Assembly: GCF_006345805.1 (NCBI RefSeq)
Contig: NC_043004.1
Coordinates: 34,410,001 to 34,474,000 of the forward strand
Length of the DNA stretch: 64,000 bases
Direction of reading: 5' to 3'
Source of the DNA: Octopus sinensis
Taxonomy: Eukaryota
Shown here: positions 62,790 to 64,000 of the stretch, in pieces
Layout of the letters: each line of letters opens with the position of its first letter
How positions within the stretch are numbered: the first letter of the stretch is position 1
Made by a program: the position numbers and the translations under genes
Notes under the pieces: model-generated
Databases searched by the model: none
What the model was told of the DNA's origin: nothing
The model's input: the letters and a program-made list of their open reading frames with translations, nothing else

Positions 62790-63715
62790 TTCTGATGCCA
62801 CTTCTTGTCAAAAGGACATCCACTAGTTTTGAACCTTCACAGAAAAGTGAAACCAAAGTATTTCAACTGTATCAAAGAAAAAGCACTTTCTGAACATTTG
62901 GACACCATAGTTCATCCACCTGATTCAAGCCACTATCGATGATGTCAGAAATCAGTGAGGTTGACCACCAAAGAACAATCAGATCAATGGTGCAAATGAA
63001 CATCTCATACAAATTGTAAGTAATTGAAGAGAGGCCAATTTATATCAACAGGAAAATTTTTTGATCTGTATTAAGTGCTTACATAACAAGGTATAAAAAC
63101 CCTCACAAACATTGCATGTTTTGGTTTTTGTCTGATGAGAAACTTCGACTAAAACCAAAAGTTTTACAGGAAAAATGACAGCTGGTTCTATGCAAATCCA
63201 TCAGATGTTCTCAGAGTGAAGCACATTAAGTCTCAAACAAATGCTATAGTTTCAGGAATGGTAAGCAATGAAGGTCATGTCATGCTGCCTTAATTCTTTC
63301 CTTAGGGTCTTAGAATTAATGATATTAGAATACATTGAAATGCTGGAAACAGTGTTTGAGCTTTGAATGGATTAAGCATGCAGCAGAAGTCCATATGTAT
63401 TTCAGGTAAACACTGAAATTTCTCACAAGGCCCATGTAACTCACGAATACATGTCCAGCAATCTTTATAATCAGGTAACACTAAACTTGTGACCTCCAAA
63501 CCCGCCAGATCTAAATCCCATGGACTACAACGTTTGAAGCCTTGTTGAAAAAGAGGATAATCAACATCATCACAATATTATAGCAACACTGAAGGCTGCA
63601 ACTGTCTAGGAGATGATGGAATGAATAAAAACCATTTAGTGAGGCATCCTAATGATTTTGGTACTGCATTGAAGTAGCCATCGAAGGTGAAGACGGATTC
63701 ATAAGCAATAGTTTT
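62790..63715 (+). pseudogene. Tc1/mariner (maT-like) transposase remnant
   Basis: FLSDEKL, VSNEGHVM, PPNPPDLNPMDYNV and IEVAIEGEDGFI motifs, with stops and frameshifts. Confidence 0.8.
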
Positions 63716-64000
63716 TTGCAATCTTGAAATGCAACAAGACTTCCTTTCCAATCTAATAGATATGAAGATAGAACCGACAGGAAGCCGTAGCGATATTCCT
63801 GTACATATACTCGAACTATATGAGCCAATTCCTTTTTTGAGAAGAGCCATTTGACTCTATCAGTTCCACTAATTTACATGTAGGTAAGAATGTCATTTAC
63901 ATTTCGTTTTTGGATTTGGTTTGCAAGATTCTTTATATGAGTTTGTGTGTTGAAGCATATTCTTCTGTGTCTGGGGAGAGTCATTTTCTTTTTGTGCCTT

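Noticed and set aside
63132-63150. CTGATGA...GAAAC resembling a hammerhead core
   Set aside because: No stem II; it is the S-D-E-K codon stretch of the mariner transposase.

Overview
AT-rich, microsatellite-dense eukaryotic (animal) DNA, most likely intronic or intergenic. The repeat families resemble those I recall from octopus/cephalopod genomes; this is inference, not a database match. I can support no complete host gene, and most ORFs in the supplied track are microsatellite artefacts. The window is a mosaic of mobile elements: tRNA-derived SINEs of at least three kinds; RTE and CR1 LINE fragments; a near full-length Tx1/L1-type LINE (17061-22439) with a nested solo LTR, hAT MITE and Helitron; a composite Helitron with an internal ~165-bp satellite and a Pif1 helicase fragment; mariner, Tigger-like and piggyBac-like elements; and a Penelope-like GIY-YIG remnant. 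The most notable signal is a set of short non-autonomous repeats carrying minimal type I hammerhead ribozyme (HHR) motifs, which repeatedly occur as head-to-head inverted dimers (9.0-9.5, 49.1-49.4, 58.3-58.6, 60.6-60.8 and 61.6-62.4 kb). One family has a tRNA-like head. At 49.1-49.4 kb both arms begin at the predicted self-cleavage site and enclose an inverted copy of nearby host DNA. Another family carries a G3-C8 swap of the conserved C3-G8 core pair. Two candidate micro-exons (34433-34458 and 41550-41580) would splice in frame into an EGF-like start (low confidence).
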